A DNA stretch of 64,000 nt from Monocercomonoides exilis PA203 (GCA_001643675.2 LSRY02000015.1:1302001-1366000), one strand, 5' to 3'; shown: positions 1 to 13,258, counted from the first letter of the stretch. Translations and numbers: made by a program. Notes: generated from the sequence alone by a model not told the origin.

Positions 1-346
1 TCAGGGATCTATCGTTCGCTTTCAGAGCGAAGGCATTCTTCGAGCATTCAATCTTCATTCCTTCAAAGTGCACACTCGAATTCTTCACCACAAAAATACC
101 CTTTTCTTCGCTCGGCGAGGCGACTTTCGCAACCTTCAGCATTTCATCCTTCACAATATCTCTCATAAATGTGTTTCTGATTTTTTCATTCGCAAATGCA
201 GAAGCAAATGCTGAACCGCTCGTATTCGTCTTTCCTTCGTTTTCGTAGAAATCAGTTATTGACCGATTATCAAACCCATCTCTTCCTTTCCCTTCTGTGT
301 GCGAGACAATTGCAATCACAAAGATGGCAATGCAAAAAATTGTCAT
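1..346 (-). CDS. 5' part of a signal-peptide-bearing secreted/surface protein, running off the left edge
   Basis: Manual minus-strand translation from ATG 346 stays open to the edge: MTIFCIAIFVIAIVSHTEG-KGRDGFDNRS...GIFVVKNSSVHFEGMKIEC. The hydrophobic N-terminus looks like a signal peptide. Not in the ORF track because no stop lies in the window. Confidence 0.7.
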   Translation of the reverse strand, partial: MTIFCIAIFVIAIVSHTEGKGRDGFDNRSITDFYENEGKTNTSGSAFASAFANEKIRNTFMRDIVKDEMLKVAKVASPSEEKGIFVVKNSSVHFEGMKIECSKNAFALKANDRSL

Positions 347-892
347 TCCCCAATCTTTCTTCAAAATGATAAATACAATAAATATCACAAAAAAAAAGGA
401 AAGATAAATAAATTCTCAAATGGGTTTGATCATGCCTTTTTGTGTTTCTCGTCGATTTCATTGATTTCTGTCTTTCGTTCCATTCCATTTGCATTTTCAT
501 ATCTATGATATTCCAATGTTCAGTTGGAAAGAAATTGTTTCTTTGCAATATTCTTTTATTTTCATAATTCTAATTGATCTTAAAAATTCGTTTTTGATGT
601 TGTTTATTGAATCTTCATAAGTTTTGGCACACTGCTTCTTAAATGTGCAAGCTTTTATTTGTTTTTTCAATTGGTTGTTACTGTGAGTGATTGCTATTTA
701 AAATAGAATTGAATTATAAAAAGACTAAGATTTTTTAAATCGAGTCGCAAAAACATAAGATTTTTAAAAATAATTATTACAAAAGAAAAGAAAAGAATAA
801 ACTGAAAATGTCTCCCAACAAGGCCATGAATGTGGAAATAAAAATTTTTTATAACTATGAAAGCAATAATGTGTGAATGGTATTGATCAAAA

Positions 893-1863
893 ATGTCGAG
901 GCCAGAAAACATTGCCCCTCCAGAAATAGTTTATTTATTAATTTTTGTAAGATGTAAAAATATAATTTAAAATGATTTTCATGATGAAACTGTAGTTTTA
1001 TGGTGAAGAAGAAGCAACAAAATACACAAGAAAGTTTATCTATTCTTTTGGCTGTATCTTTTGATTCACTTATTTGTTTATTTTCCATTTAGTACAAGAA
1101 TAATCCATATTCAGAGAAAGATTGCTCTGCGGGCACTTGAACTTCTGGCGCTCCCTCCAAAAATGCCTGCTCTAATTCTTGATGTTGGCTGCGGTTCGGG
1201 GCTAAGTGGGGAAGTTCTTGACGAGCTTCCGCATGTGCACTGGGTTGGAATCGACATTTCTTCACATATGCTTGGTGTGCTTAAGAATTTTGCAAATTAT
1301 ATTTTTTGGTATTTTCAAAATTTTTTTGAACAGCAATTGCTAAAGAGCGCGAAACAGGCGGAGACTTTGCTAGATCTGACATTGGTGAAGGAGTGCCATT
1401 TAAGCCAGGATCTTTTGATGGCATTATTAGCATTTCAACGATTCAGTGGCTTTTCAATGCAGATTTCAAGGATGCAAATCCTCGTCGACGGCTGAAAATG
1501 TTTTTCCAAACTCTTAATCACTGCCTCGTAAAGGGAGGAAGGTTTTTGATAATTTGAACACTTTTAATATGTTACCCGATTTTTTTTTTCTCTTTTTCTT
1601 TCTTTCTTTCTTTTCTTTTTTTCTTTTCTTTTCTTTTTTTTTCTTTTTTTTTTTTTTTTGCAATTGTAATTCAAGGGCTGTACTTCAATTTTATCCTGCA
1701 TCACATGAGCAAGTTCGAGACCTCCACCAAGCGGCAATTTCTGCTGGATTTGGAGGAGGAATGCTTTGTGATTATCCCAATTCTACACGTCAAAAAAAGT
1801 TTGAAACATATTTATTGTATTCAGTTTCAATTTTTATTTTCATTTAATTTTTATTTCTTTCTT

Positions 1864-1900
<37 letters not shown>

Positions 1901-2732
1901 ATTTTCCACAATTTTCTTGTAACACTTCCTTTATCCAACCTTGATGTTTATGCCGTGGCTGCCTGTTTCCGTTCAGATGGTATTTTGTGCTATTTTCTGG
2001 AACAGCCAAATACGACTTCAAAATGCCAGAGGCGTTGATGGACGGTGCATCGGATTCTGATTCAGAGGAAGATGAAGAAGATGAAGAAGATGACGACGAA
2101 GAAGAAGACGATGACGATGATGATGAAAGCGATGGATCTTCTGAAAAGTGGGAAGAAGATGACATTGCGAGCCTGGGGAAGAAAAAAAGCAGGAGAAGTC
2201 ACAGCGATGCTCCATCATCGGTGCAGTTCGAGTGGAAGCGGTTTGATCAGTGATTTAGATGATTTCTGGAAATGAATTTATCTTCATGTTTATTTTTTTA
2301 TCTTAATCTTTCTCTTACTTCTTACTCTTTCTCTTTTTATATCTCTTTTTCTCTTTCTCTTGTTTATCAATTTTTTTTTTAATTCAATATCTTCTTTGAT
2401 TTAGTGAAACATTTAGTGGTAGAGATAAACGAAACAAGAGAATAAGCTCGAGAGAAAAAGTGAAGAAGCGGAAAGAAAGACAGCGTAGAATGGTATGCAA
2501 GCTTCCTATTTGCAGCCTAAGAAATGGCTGAGGAGTGTCTTAAATTTTATGTATCAACCATCAATCACAATAATCTTTTTCCTTTGACTCCACTTATTTA
2601 TTTTATTTTATTTTTTTAATGCATTCTTTTTCTTGCATTTTCTTTCTATCTTTCTGTTATATGTGTGTTTTTTAGGGAAAGAAAACGCGCCCTGACACCA
2701 AATATACTGGGCGCCGTCGAACACATTGGTGA
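893..2732 (+). CDS. BUD23: 18S rRNA (guanine-N7) methyltransferase BUD23/WBSCR22, multi-exon
   Basis: Spliced reading: MSRPENIAPPEI|FYGEEEATKYTRN|TRIIHIQ...ILDVGCGSGLSG (SAM motif I)...GIDISSHML|...DIGEGVPFKPGSFDGIISISTIQWLFNA|AVLQFYP...AGFGGGMLCDYPNS|...|GKKTRPDTKYTGRRRTHW* (TGA 2730-2732). All are BUD23 hallmark motifs. Confidence 0.95.
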
Positions 2733-3023
2733 TAAAAATGTTAGGCACAAAAAATTTTCACTTCATTTTCACTTCGCAACGAAAAAACCAATAAAAAAAG
2801 GAGAAGCTCGAATGTATATATATATAATTAATAAAAACAATACCTCAAACACATTAATCCGCAATGATAATTCAGCTGTTGCTGAAACATTCTTGCAAAA
2901 TCACAAATAGTTTTTGCAGAAATACTCTTTACCAACAAAATAAAAAAAATCAAAATCAAAATCAAAAAATAAAAATGTTCATTCAACAAATGATGAAATG
3001 AATCTTCAGCAGGAATGCCCAGA

Positions 3024-6000
3024 TCAGGTCTTTCCGTCTTTTTTCTCGTCAAAGTCTAGCACCGACATATCAACGCCTTCAATCGCAGCCACAATCGCCA
3101 GCACTCTTCTGTCCCCCAGCATCGCCTTGTGGCCGGCGCCTCTGACCTCAAAGAACGCGTCACACTGCAATCCGCTCCTCACTGCAGACACACAAGGGAC
3201 TGTCCCATCTCCATCCACATCGCTCCACACACAGCCACCCAGGCTCATATCTCCATGTACTGTCTGGCCAATGGCAGATGAGTAGGTAGCTTCTGTTGGT
3301 GAGCATGAGTGCGACGGTGAAGAAGAAGAGGAGGAGGAATAAGAGGAAGAAGAATAAGAGGAAGAGGAATAAGAGGAAGAGGAAGAATAGGAAGAAGAAT
3401 AAGAAGAAGAAGACCATTTGTCTTCTTCAGTTCCACCTGGAAAGAGTTTTTCCTCTTCTGCCACAAGATGCCACTTTGTGGGCAAGCCAGATCCATAAAT
3501 GGTTATGAATTCACATCCAACCCATTCATCATCGTCCTCAGTTCTCGTTATCGTTCTCGAATAAGACCTTTCACGTTCTCTGCCGAATCTCTCCCTTTGC
3601 GACGCATTCATCGCAAATCTTCTCCTCTTGTTCCTCCACTCCCCGCCTCCAATCACCCCTGCCCTCACCGGCTTGTCCCTCACCGACAGCACATGCTTCC
3701 ACATGTCAGACACATTCGGCCTCCTCCACACAGCTTTCTTAGCTCTGCGCGCAAGAAGGACTTGCATGGAAAAGAACCGATCAGACGAATGCGAATAGCT
3801 CGGAGAGCTTCCACTCACTCTGGATGACGCTAGCTGATTCGGAGGAGTCAGCTCGCTTCCGGAAATAAGGTTGGCGTCGTGATAGGTCTGCTTCACAATA
3901 TACTCTGCCACGGATTGTGTGATGTCCAATGCAGCGGTTGCTGCAGTTGCTATTGGGGACGAACGAGAGGGAGAAGAAGAAGAAAAGCGATTTTGGATAC
4001 AAGATTTTGGCTTAGACAAAACAACAGCGAGTAGTTGAGGCAGCCACGACGCAATCTTCTGTTCGCGCAAGGACGAAGAAGTCTGAACAGAAAGAGCATA
4101 GCTTGTGGGCTCATACAAATTGGCAGTTGTGATTTCGCGTGCTAACTCTGAAACATCGTCAATGAATTTTGAATACCCTGAGCGAGTTATGCTGGTTTGT
4201 TCTCCCTTTCCAAAGCCATCGCCTGCTGTTGAATCATACAAGTTATATGAAGGTGTTCTGGTTTGTGGATATAAAGAAGCAACATAGTTGTTAATGGAGA
4301 AAGGGTTGCGATCATGTTTGTTATAAAGAAGATGAAATTTCTCGAGATGAGAAGTGAATGGGATGTGGGTCTTTGCAAACAAAGCTAATTGCAAAAGAGT
4401 CGAAAGTGGTGAAGAAGAAGAAGAATCAAAATCGCAAGAATCTGTGTCTTTTGCTTTTGATCCACCTCGAATTAGAAGCATATGATCAATTCGATAAAAC
4501 TTGTGCCGATGGCAGAAATTCGAAGGGATGCATGAAATAACTGAAGAGTTAGCATTTTTAACAGAAGAATCAAACGTGTCGATTCTTTCGCTTCGAAACG
4601 GGAAACAGAAATCGCCAGCAGCAAAAGAAGAAAGAATGTCTGAAGCAGTCAAATGAGTCTCCCCTGACAGCTTGCCGCTTTCGTGCTGGGAGGAATGGAA
4701 GATGTGCTGCTTGATCGAGCTGGAGGGCAATGCAGTGGCTGGGCGCAGAAAGAAAGAAAGAGGGCACGGGGTGAAGGAAGGAGCACACAGAAGCATTGCC
4801 TGGTTAGACAGCGAGTCGTACAGAGAAGAAGGGAACTGTGCAGAATCGGAAATGGATGGGCTGAAGTCGTCGGATGAAACAGAGGAAGAGGACGGAGTGG
4901 TTGAAAGAGAACTCAATGCGATTGATCTTACTAACATTTGGTACAAATCTGTATGCTCTGACTCTCTTTGCTCCCCCAACAGAAACGAAAGATGGTTTCG
5001 GCAGAAGGAAGGAGAAAAACGCGGAGGTGTGACTGTGCCAGGATACCAGCTGGGATCCTTCGACTGAAACACATCTGAAACATTTGGTTTTCGCCACGAA
5101 TCAGAAGAACTAAAACCCGATGAGTATGAGTATGATGAAGGATATGCTGAGTCATATGGACGGAAAGACAAACTCGAGCTTCCTCGAGATGCGCTTGACG
5201 TGCTACCACGCTCACTTTCTTCGTTTTCTATGTCCAGATCAAATGAAATCCAAGATGAATCCACAATGCCTTTATCCTCATCTGATGAATGAGAAGTCGA
5301 TTCTCTCTCATCTCTTTCTCCATACGTTCTTTCGTATCTTCCACTGTGTTCATACGAATCGCTTCTTTGATGTGTGTTGTGAGTGCATTTTGCTTTCTTA
5401 GAAACCCAAACACCGCAATCGCATTGATAAAATATCATCTCCGACTTTTCTCTTTCTCGTTTATCGCTTTGATTCAGAGCATGATGACTAACTTCTCTTT
5501 CTCTCTCTCTCTCTCTTTCTCTTTCTCTTTCTCTTTCTCTTTCTCTTTCTCTTTCTCTTTCTCTCTCTTGACGCTCCGCCCACAATTCGCCAAAGTGAAA
5601 GCTACCGCTACTGCTATCAGAGTCACTTGATGAGGAATCATCATCCCTTTTAAGCACTTTCTTCATCACACGTGTCACTTTACGCATGTTTGACTGAGGA
5701 GAACTTAGCAAAACCTCTCCGATTAGCTGGATCGGTTTTAATATCTTTCCAATATCAGAGTTTGCAAAGGGATCTTTCTCTTTCTCTCTCTCTCTCCTTT
5801 CTTTTCTTCTCAATCTCAAATCTCTTCGATGCTGTTTCTTTTGTTCTCTTTCGCTTGCACTCTGCAACGCTCCCTTTGGCCAGATCACGTCTCTGTTCGC
5901 TTTCCTGTTGGCAAAGCTCTGGAGACGCAAATGTCTCAATTCCCACTCTTCATCGCTCGCATCGCCGTCACTTTCAGATTCATCAGAGGAGCTGTTATCA

Positions 6001-7418
6001 GCACCGAAAAGGTTGCTGAAGTCCCCTTTGAGGAGCTTCCGGATCTGCTCGTCTGCAGCCAGAAACAAATCGACGTAGTTGGGCTTCCCTTTCTTTGTTG
6101 CCTTGATCTGCGCAACTGAGTCGAGATCGCTGCATTTCCCGTTATCGTCGCAATGGAACGAATACCATTCTCTTGCTCCGTCTGCAAAGACAATGAATGA
6201 ATGATAAATAGTTTAAAAATAAAATTGATATATAGATAGACAGATAGATAAATGAATAACTGATTGAAAATAAAATATCACATTTCAAACAAATAAATTT
6301 TTAAGCAGAAATTATCTTTCTTATAAAATGCAAATAAAAATTACTCCAATTAAAATGAAAATAACTGTCATCTCGCATTTAATTGTCTATGGAGGAAAAA
6401 TAGCAATAAAAGTTTTGTATACACACCTTTTTTCAAAATAATAACTTTTGGTGAGTAAGGAGCACTTGGAGGAGGAATTAGCCAATATATCATTGGCGCC
6501 ATCAGCTGAAAAATTCAATGTTTGCATTTTCTCAAAAATAAGGAGGGAAAAATTAAGTAAACAAACCATCATTTCTTTCATAATTGATCCAGATAAGATA
6601 AACGATGGCAAATCAAAATTATAGCCAAATATTAATCCTTCGACAATCTTTGATGCTCCACAAAAGGGAGGACCAAGAGCTATCCACCTTTTAACATATT
6701 GTGAGACTTCATCTGGATATAAATGTGCAAAGCACTTAAACACCAAGCCGCCCATGCTATGCGTGATGACTGTAATTTTCTGCTTTCCACAACTATCAAA
6801 TGCTTCTTTAACTCGATTTTTAAGTCCTAATTGGATCTTATCAGAACATGGACTTTGTCTCCAATCATAAGGATAACCCCAAAGAGAAGTTCCAGAACAG
6901 TAGCCATTTAAATTGAACAGTTTAATAAATACATTAAAATATCCAGTTGCGCTAACCAATAAAAAATAAAAAATAAAAAAAAAAAAAAAAAATAACTCAA
7001 TAAATTACAATAGTAATTATAAAATATCGAATACCCTTTCGCAAAAGGAATTTCTGGGATTAAATTATCAATTGCATATAATCCATAATTTTGTGAAGGA
7101 GGCTCAATAACAATGTCCTGCAAAATTTTGATGTTGCTTGAGCTTAAAATTCATAAGAAAAAATACAAACTGGATCAGGATGCTCTAGCTCAAATGTCCT
7201 TTCATTGATTGACCCCATAAGATATTTGCTTGCAAGTGTGCTTCCATTCCAAAGCAATGGCCATATTTTCTGAATCTCGCTTGTTCTTCTGTTTAGAACT
7301 TGTAAAATGCTTCCTTAAAAAAAAAAAAAAAAATACATATGTAACAAAATAGTAAAAGGATATTTAATCCACCTCCTAGACCGGGAATTAACAAAACAGA
7401 GGGTGGCACTTTTTTCAT
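3024..7418 (-). CDS. LCAT-family (PF02450) phospholipase/acyltransferase, plant LCAT3/LCAT4-like, with a large low-complexity insertion
   Basis: Exons join in frame: MKKVPPSVLLIPGLG|GSILQ...|GLYAIDNL|...LWGYPYDWRQS...ITHSMGG (catalytic Ser)...WIALGPPFCGA|...PKVIILKK then a phase-1 splice into DGAREW..., continuing as the 1014-aa ORF. That ORF ends with IYGSGLPT, DGDGTVP (catalytic Asp) and GAGHKAML (catalytic His). Confidence 0.85.
5494..5568. repeat. (TCTCTT)n/(CT)n microsatellite encoding an (ER)n tract in the LCAT-like gene
   Basis: Directly visible hexamer and dinucleotide repeat. Confidence 0.9.
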
Positions 7419-7940
7419 TTGTGATGTTATAAAAAATATAATGGTCGTTAATTTTGTATGTACCCATCATAAAAAAACAAACATCCAATTTGTGGAAATT
7501 TTCGATTTGATAATATTTTCTTTTTGTAATGAAAGGGATAATTAATGAAATACGAATTCCTCATGTTAAAAAAATTGTCTCAAGAATTTATTTTTGATTC
7601 AAAAAAAATAAATATTTTCATTCTTTTTTTTTCTGAATTGATTTTTACACAGTTGATAAAAACATTTAGTGGACGAATATATTGAATAGCAATTCTTTAT
7701 GCCCCACCTATGTGATATCAAAAAAATTCGTCTTTCATACAAAGAAATTTTTATTCCTAATTTTTCTTTAAGCGAAAACACTTTCAAAAAGATATTATGA
7801 GAAAGAAATGTGAGATGACAAAAGCGATTTTCAAATACAATTCAGGAATTAATAAAATACTGCAAAATAAATATTAGTTTAACGATTAATAAAAAAAAAA
7901 TTATCTTGTAAAAAAATACATAAACAAAAATTCCATAAAT

Positions 7941-8522
7941 CTATTTCTTATGTTTTGAAAAATCACGATGAGCAGTATGGTACTGTGTATCTCCAAGTTT
8001 GCCTGTTGTCCAATGTTGTGTATATTCTTCAATTTTTGCTTTATCTCTTTCGAAGTGACGTTCAGAACGAAATTGCCTTGGTTTCATTTCGGTTGGTTTA
8101 ACAAAGTTATCGCCATATTCCGATTTTGGAAATCCATCAACTGGTAATGGATGAACAAAACTACGATCAGTTGTAGAATAGCATCTATCAGCAATATGCT
8201 TCGTCTGCTCTTGGTACATAGTTCGAAAAGCAGGACTCTGTTTTGTTTATTTCAGATAAATGTATAAATACAGAATATACATAGGTAAACTCAACATTAT
8301 GAATAACAGCAATTAAATAAAAACCGTTGTCATAAATCCGCATGATCTATTTGATTGGGAATAATCCTCAAACCTACATACAATTGGTAAATATGAAAAA
8401 GAAAATAAGAAAATAATTAACCAATTTCCAATTTTCGCCCCGGGTGTGTATGAACGAGAAAATGGTCTTAATTCAGCTGAAGTATGTCCAGATTCAGTAG
8501 TAAAATCTGTGGTGAAAGACAT
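7941..8522 (-). CDS. Small ciliary microtubule-inner-protein-like gene (CFAP68/CFAP107/CFAP95-type)
   Basis: Three exons: MSFTTDF...SYTPGAKIGNW|FEDYSQS...|...FRTMYQEQ...YHTAHRDFSKHKK*. The IGNW-x-E motif and short T/S-x-Y-x-x-x-F/Y units resemble this MIP family. Confidence 0.55.
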
Positions 8523-8591
8523 AGCCAATTATCTATTCCCGTTATCAAAAATTAAATTATTATGGTAAAAGAAACCCTTTCAAATTTTTTT

Positions 8592-10634
8592 ATGGCAGAA
8601 GATACTAGAAAACACGAAATAGAGCGATTAATAACAATTTTAGATAAGCCAAAAAACACTAGAACTTCAGCAGAATGCAGCCTTATTTATGATTTTTTAC
8701 GGTAAGTTTATTATCCTTTTGTAACAAAGAAAGTAAATATTTTTTCTTTTTTTAAATTTTCTGAACTTCAGGACTACATCCCCTGTTAGCAATCTTAAGG
8801 ATGATGTATTATATTATTTTAAAAACATATGTCAAGAGATTATTTTTTTCTTTTCGCGTTCAAAAAAAATGCGCATCTTTTTAGGATGTAATGCAATTAT
8901 GTCAAGTTGCAACACATGTTTCCATCAGAGACGTTGATGATGGTACATAAAACTAATTTTAATATATTCTATCATTTTTTGAAGTGTTTCATCAGGATGA
9001 CCCTCCAGATGCTTTTTATATAATAATGAGTGGCCATATTATTGTTACAAAGAGGTTAGAAACAGGATTTGTTCGCCTCCAACCTGGAGACGGTTTTGGT
9101 CAACTAGGTATTTTAAAGAAAACACCTCGCTCAGCAACTTGCACAGCAGAAGGACAGACAGAACTGATTCGTGTAAGTGCTGAAGATTACGAAAGACTTT
9201 TCGAGGTTTGAAACATTTAAATTGGAATCTTGATATTATCTTATTAAAATATTTGGCTTTTTTAACATAACTTTTTTTCTCTTTCTTTTTTTCTTTTCTT
9301 TTTCTTTCTTTCTTTCTTTCTTTCTTTTTCTTTTTCTTTTTCTTTTTTTTTTTTTTGTGATGTTTCCGGAAAATTGTTAGCAACAACATGAAAGAGAATT
9401 ATCTGAAAGAGTAGCTTTCTTGAAGGACGTATGGATGTTAATTAAAATGTGCATTTTTATTTGTTTATCTTAAAACAAAAGATTTCTGTTTTGAGACATC
9501 TGACTGATGAAGAAGTTAAACTTATGGCAGAGGTTATGACTGAGCAACATTTCGCTCCAAACAAAGTAATAATAACTGAAGGAGATGACGCATCATCGAT
9601 GTATTTTATTGTAAGCGGTATGAATAGAATCAATTTATTATTTTTTTTTCCTTTCAGATATTTGTAAGCACGGTGGTTGTGTTTCGAAAAGAAAGAAAGA
9701 ATTTTTTGTTCTGAATTTCTTTTTAATGTGTATTAATTCTATTATTTTTTAAATTTATGAATAAATGCATTGTTATTAAAGTTGAATTTGCAATTTTATC
9801 TTTTTTTTATTTTTTGTCTTTCATTCAATATTCGCTATCATTTTATGTTTGGAATTTTTCAGGAAAAGCATCAATCGTGATGACAATTGTATATAAAGGA
9901 ATTGTATGTGTTCTTTTTTATTAAAATTCTTAAAATTTTTTTGATAATGTGAAAATTTTTTCATTGTTCTTCATTTTTTTCACAAATATGATGAAATGTG
10001 GCGTTTTCTGAAATGACACTTTTCAGCCTCGTTTTGTTGAAGTAACGCGGATTGGAGTAAATGGTTCTGAATTTTCTATTCTTTCAATATTAATATGCTA
10101 TTTGCAAATATTTATTTTGTGTTTCTAAATTGAAAATGAATGGAAAAAATTCATTCGCTTTCGAATTTGTGTTCAATCAATAATTCATTAATTCGTTTAT
10201 TGATGCATATAGATTACTTTGGAGAACTGGCATTGCTAAACAGCGTTCCTCGTTCAGCTTCTGTCGTTGCGCACGTTCCATTGACTTGTTTAGTGCTATC
10301 AAGGATTGATTTTGGAAGATGTTTGCCATTCCTTTTTGATTGATAGGATGTTTCTTTTGATGTTATCTTCGTTTTTCAACTTATTTTGCAAGTTATCGCT
10401 GGTTCAACTCTTCAAGCAATGAAAGAAGCATCTAAACGATATGTGAGTAGAGAAGAGATTACAAGATTATTTGTTGAAAAGCAGCATTGGGATCAATACA
10501 AAGTATTATTTACATAATTTGACAAATAATTTCTATATATTATGTTTATCTTTTTTAACCATATTTTCATTTTATTTTAGAAACGATTGGTGTCTGATAT
10601 TGTTGACCATCATAAGAAAACAAAGAGTATATAA
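8592..10634 (+). CDS. Tandem cyclic-nucleotide-binding-domain protein (CNBD2/PKA-R-like, no kinase domain), multi-exon
   Basis: N-terminus ILDKPKNTRTSAECSLIYDFLR. CNB-A: VFHQDD...FYIIMSG...GDGFGQLGILKKTPRSATC. CNB-B: IITEGDDASSMYFIVSG...DYFGELALLNSVPRSASVVA. Last exon KRLVSDIVDHHKKTKSI*. Confidence 0.9.
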
Positions 10635-10979
10635 TTATGGTCCCAAATTTTTACTTTTTTGATCATTTAGGATCACTTGTTTTATGTTTTTCACTGTGTT
10701 CATATTCATTTTTGAATTTTTCGTAATTATTTCACAAGTCTTAATTAAACAAGAAAATTAATATGTTCATAAATGATGATATAAAGATTTTTTATTTTTA
10801 TAAGGCGAAATAAATAGTTATCATCGTTTTTTTCCCGTCTACCCATATTTCAAAATTTTATTTTTTATTTTGTTATTTCATCGTTAACACGACGGTATTC
10901 AAGATTTAAACTTGTAACATTCGTTTGCGTATAGAAATAAGTTAGAGAATTATATATTTTTGCCAGAATCATTTTTAAA

Positions 10980-12947
10980 ATGAGCGAGAGATCCTTGGAC
11001 GAAATATTGGCAAAAGAAATCTATTATACGCACAAATTTGATCAAGAAAAGTTAATAAATAGTTCAATAATGAGAAGCGATGCAAACACATCATTTAGGG
11101 ATGTTGATTTACTTCAATATTGTTCTGTGAATTTGGATGATGAAGATGAGGAGGCTTCAATGTTTTCATCACCGTTCAGTTTAAGTGAATCAGATGATTC
11201 TGATCCTGCTATACAAGAATGGAAAACTTTAACTCAAAGTTTTTTGAATGATTTTGATATGTCAACATCTTCACCAAAGTTGACGAATAAAAATGAATCA
11301 GTTAAAGAATCACCGCATAAGTATGTTGAACAAACAACTTTTGTGAAAAAGCAAAGAAGACGTCGTGCCCCACAGAACCTTCCTCGTGAGTTGTTGTTTT
11401 TACAAGGTTCGCTTCCATTTTTGAGTTTTGAAGGAAGAAGAAAATCTTCGTTTGCTTCATCTGACTCAAATAATTTTGATTCAAGGAAGAGCCCTTCAAA
11501 ATTATCCGTTTCTCAACGAGATAAAAATAAAAAAAGTAAATCGCAATCAACAGAAAAGGAAAGTGACAAGGAGAACGAAAAAGAGAATGATCAAATTAAA
11601 GATTTCATAAAAGAAGAAACAAGAGTGATTGACAAAGAGAATGCAGAAATTGAAGCTGGCAAAAGTCAAGAAACGCCAGTGAAAGAAGCAGACAATAGCA
11701 TTTCTGTGAGTGATGCTTCCAAGCCTTCCTATTCAAACCAGCCGTTGTCAGAAGGTCGGAAGCGGAAGCACGGGAAAAGGGAGGCAAAGCGTGAAGCTCA
11801 AGATTCCGTTGAGATGAAGTCAGAGCAGCCTAGTCAGGGCGAGCCAGCACGCACAGCTGAAGAGATAGCTGTGGAGGAGGCGCTGAAGGCGCAGGCCGCG
11901 CAGAAGCAGCAGAGGCTGTTTTCGCTCTTGATCAAAGAGGCGCTGTATGTGCCACCAACAACAAGGCAGCAGGTGCAGAAGGAGAAAGAAGAGGAGAACA
12001 AGAAGAAGAGCATCACACTGCACGACGAGTCGTCTGTGTCTTCAGCGTCTCCTTCCCCCTCTCCTTCCAGATCGCCTTCGATGTCTCGCTCGAAGGACTC
12101 CATGGGTGCTACTTACATTGCGTCTTCGTCTGATTCAGAATCGCAATCATCATCTTCTTCTTCTGATTCTGATTCTGATTCTGATTCCTCCTCCTCCTCT
12201 TCTTCTTCTTCAAAGGCATCCAAAACCCACTCAGTTTCAAGCTCCTCTGCATCTCCTTCTTCCTCCTCTGCATCTTCTCATCACAAGAAGCGCTCAATTC
12301 GTTCATCAAAACGTTCTTCATTCTCAAAATCCCATCACAGCTCAATTTCTATTTCTTCTCGTTCATCTCGTTCAATCTCATCTTCTTCCTCTTTTTCTTC
12401 TTCCTCTCATTCTCATTCGTCTTCTTCTCTCTCTTCTTCTGCATCCTCTCATTCTTCTGCCAGCTCCAATTCATATTCACATCATACAAACAACCATCAT
12501 CATCATCATCATTCTTCTCGACATTCATCAATATCGTCATCATCATCACCATCAGCTTATTCTTCTTCTCCTTCCTCTTCCTTCGAGCCATCGTCATCTC
12601 CTTCCTATTCATCTACTTCCTCTTCTTCATTCTCATCCTCTTCTCTTTCTCCTTCTCATTCGCATTCTTTCTCTTATTCTCATTCACATTCACGTTCACT
12701 TTCTCCTTCTCCTTCTCCTTCTCCTTCTCCCTCACCTTCTCGTTCCCTTTCCCCTTCTCCATTGCTAACCTCCAAAAGACAGAGAAAAGCGAATTCTCGT
12801 TACACTTCACCGAGTCTGTATTTTTCAACTGCTCCCTTATTGATGGAAGCACCAGCAGCGCCGAAGTCACCGAAGAGGCAGCACAAAATTCCGCATAAGA
12901 AGAAGAAAAGAGTATTGCAGCCACAAAGATGTATGTGCTATGTTTTG

Positions 12948-12979
<32 letters not shown>

Positions 12980-13025
12980 GAGTGAGAAGGGTTGTGAAAG
13001 AGAGAGAAATGGGAGGTGGAGTTGA
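10980..13025 (+). CDS. Ser/His-rich low-complexity protein; probably the first exon of the gene continuing at 13562
   Basis: 681-codon ORF with charged and S/H/SP tracts and a GTATG donor at 12931. The splice path through 13100-13315 to 13562 could not be resolved. Confidence 0.65.
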
Positions 13026-13208
13026 GATTAGCAACGATAATGATAATGATAGTGATAGTGAAAAAAAAATTAAAAAAGAGAAAAAGAAAACGAAATGAAA
13101 TAAAATAGAGGATAAAAAGTGGATCCATGAAGTTGTTGATGTTTCCATTGTTCATAAGGATATTGCACTCGTAATATTATACAAGATGAATTTATTGTCC
13201 CAAATAAA

Positions 13209-13209
<1 letters not shown>

Positions 13210-13257
<48 letters not shown>
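13210..13257. repeat. Poly(A) homopolymer, about 48 nt
   Basis: Directly visible. Confidence 0.95.

Positions 13258-13258
<1 letters not shown>

Noticed and set aside
2500-2572. Hairpin (cttcct-cagcc/ggctg-aggag) in the last BUD23 intron, a possible intronic snoRNA
   Set aside because: Short single stem with no convincing H/ACA or C/D box arrangement; would need a covariance-model search.
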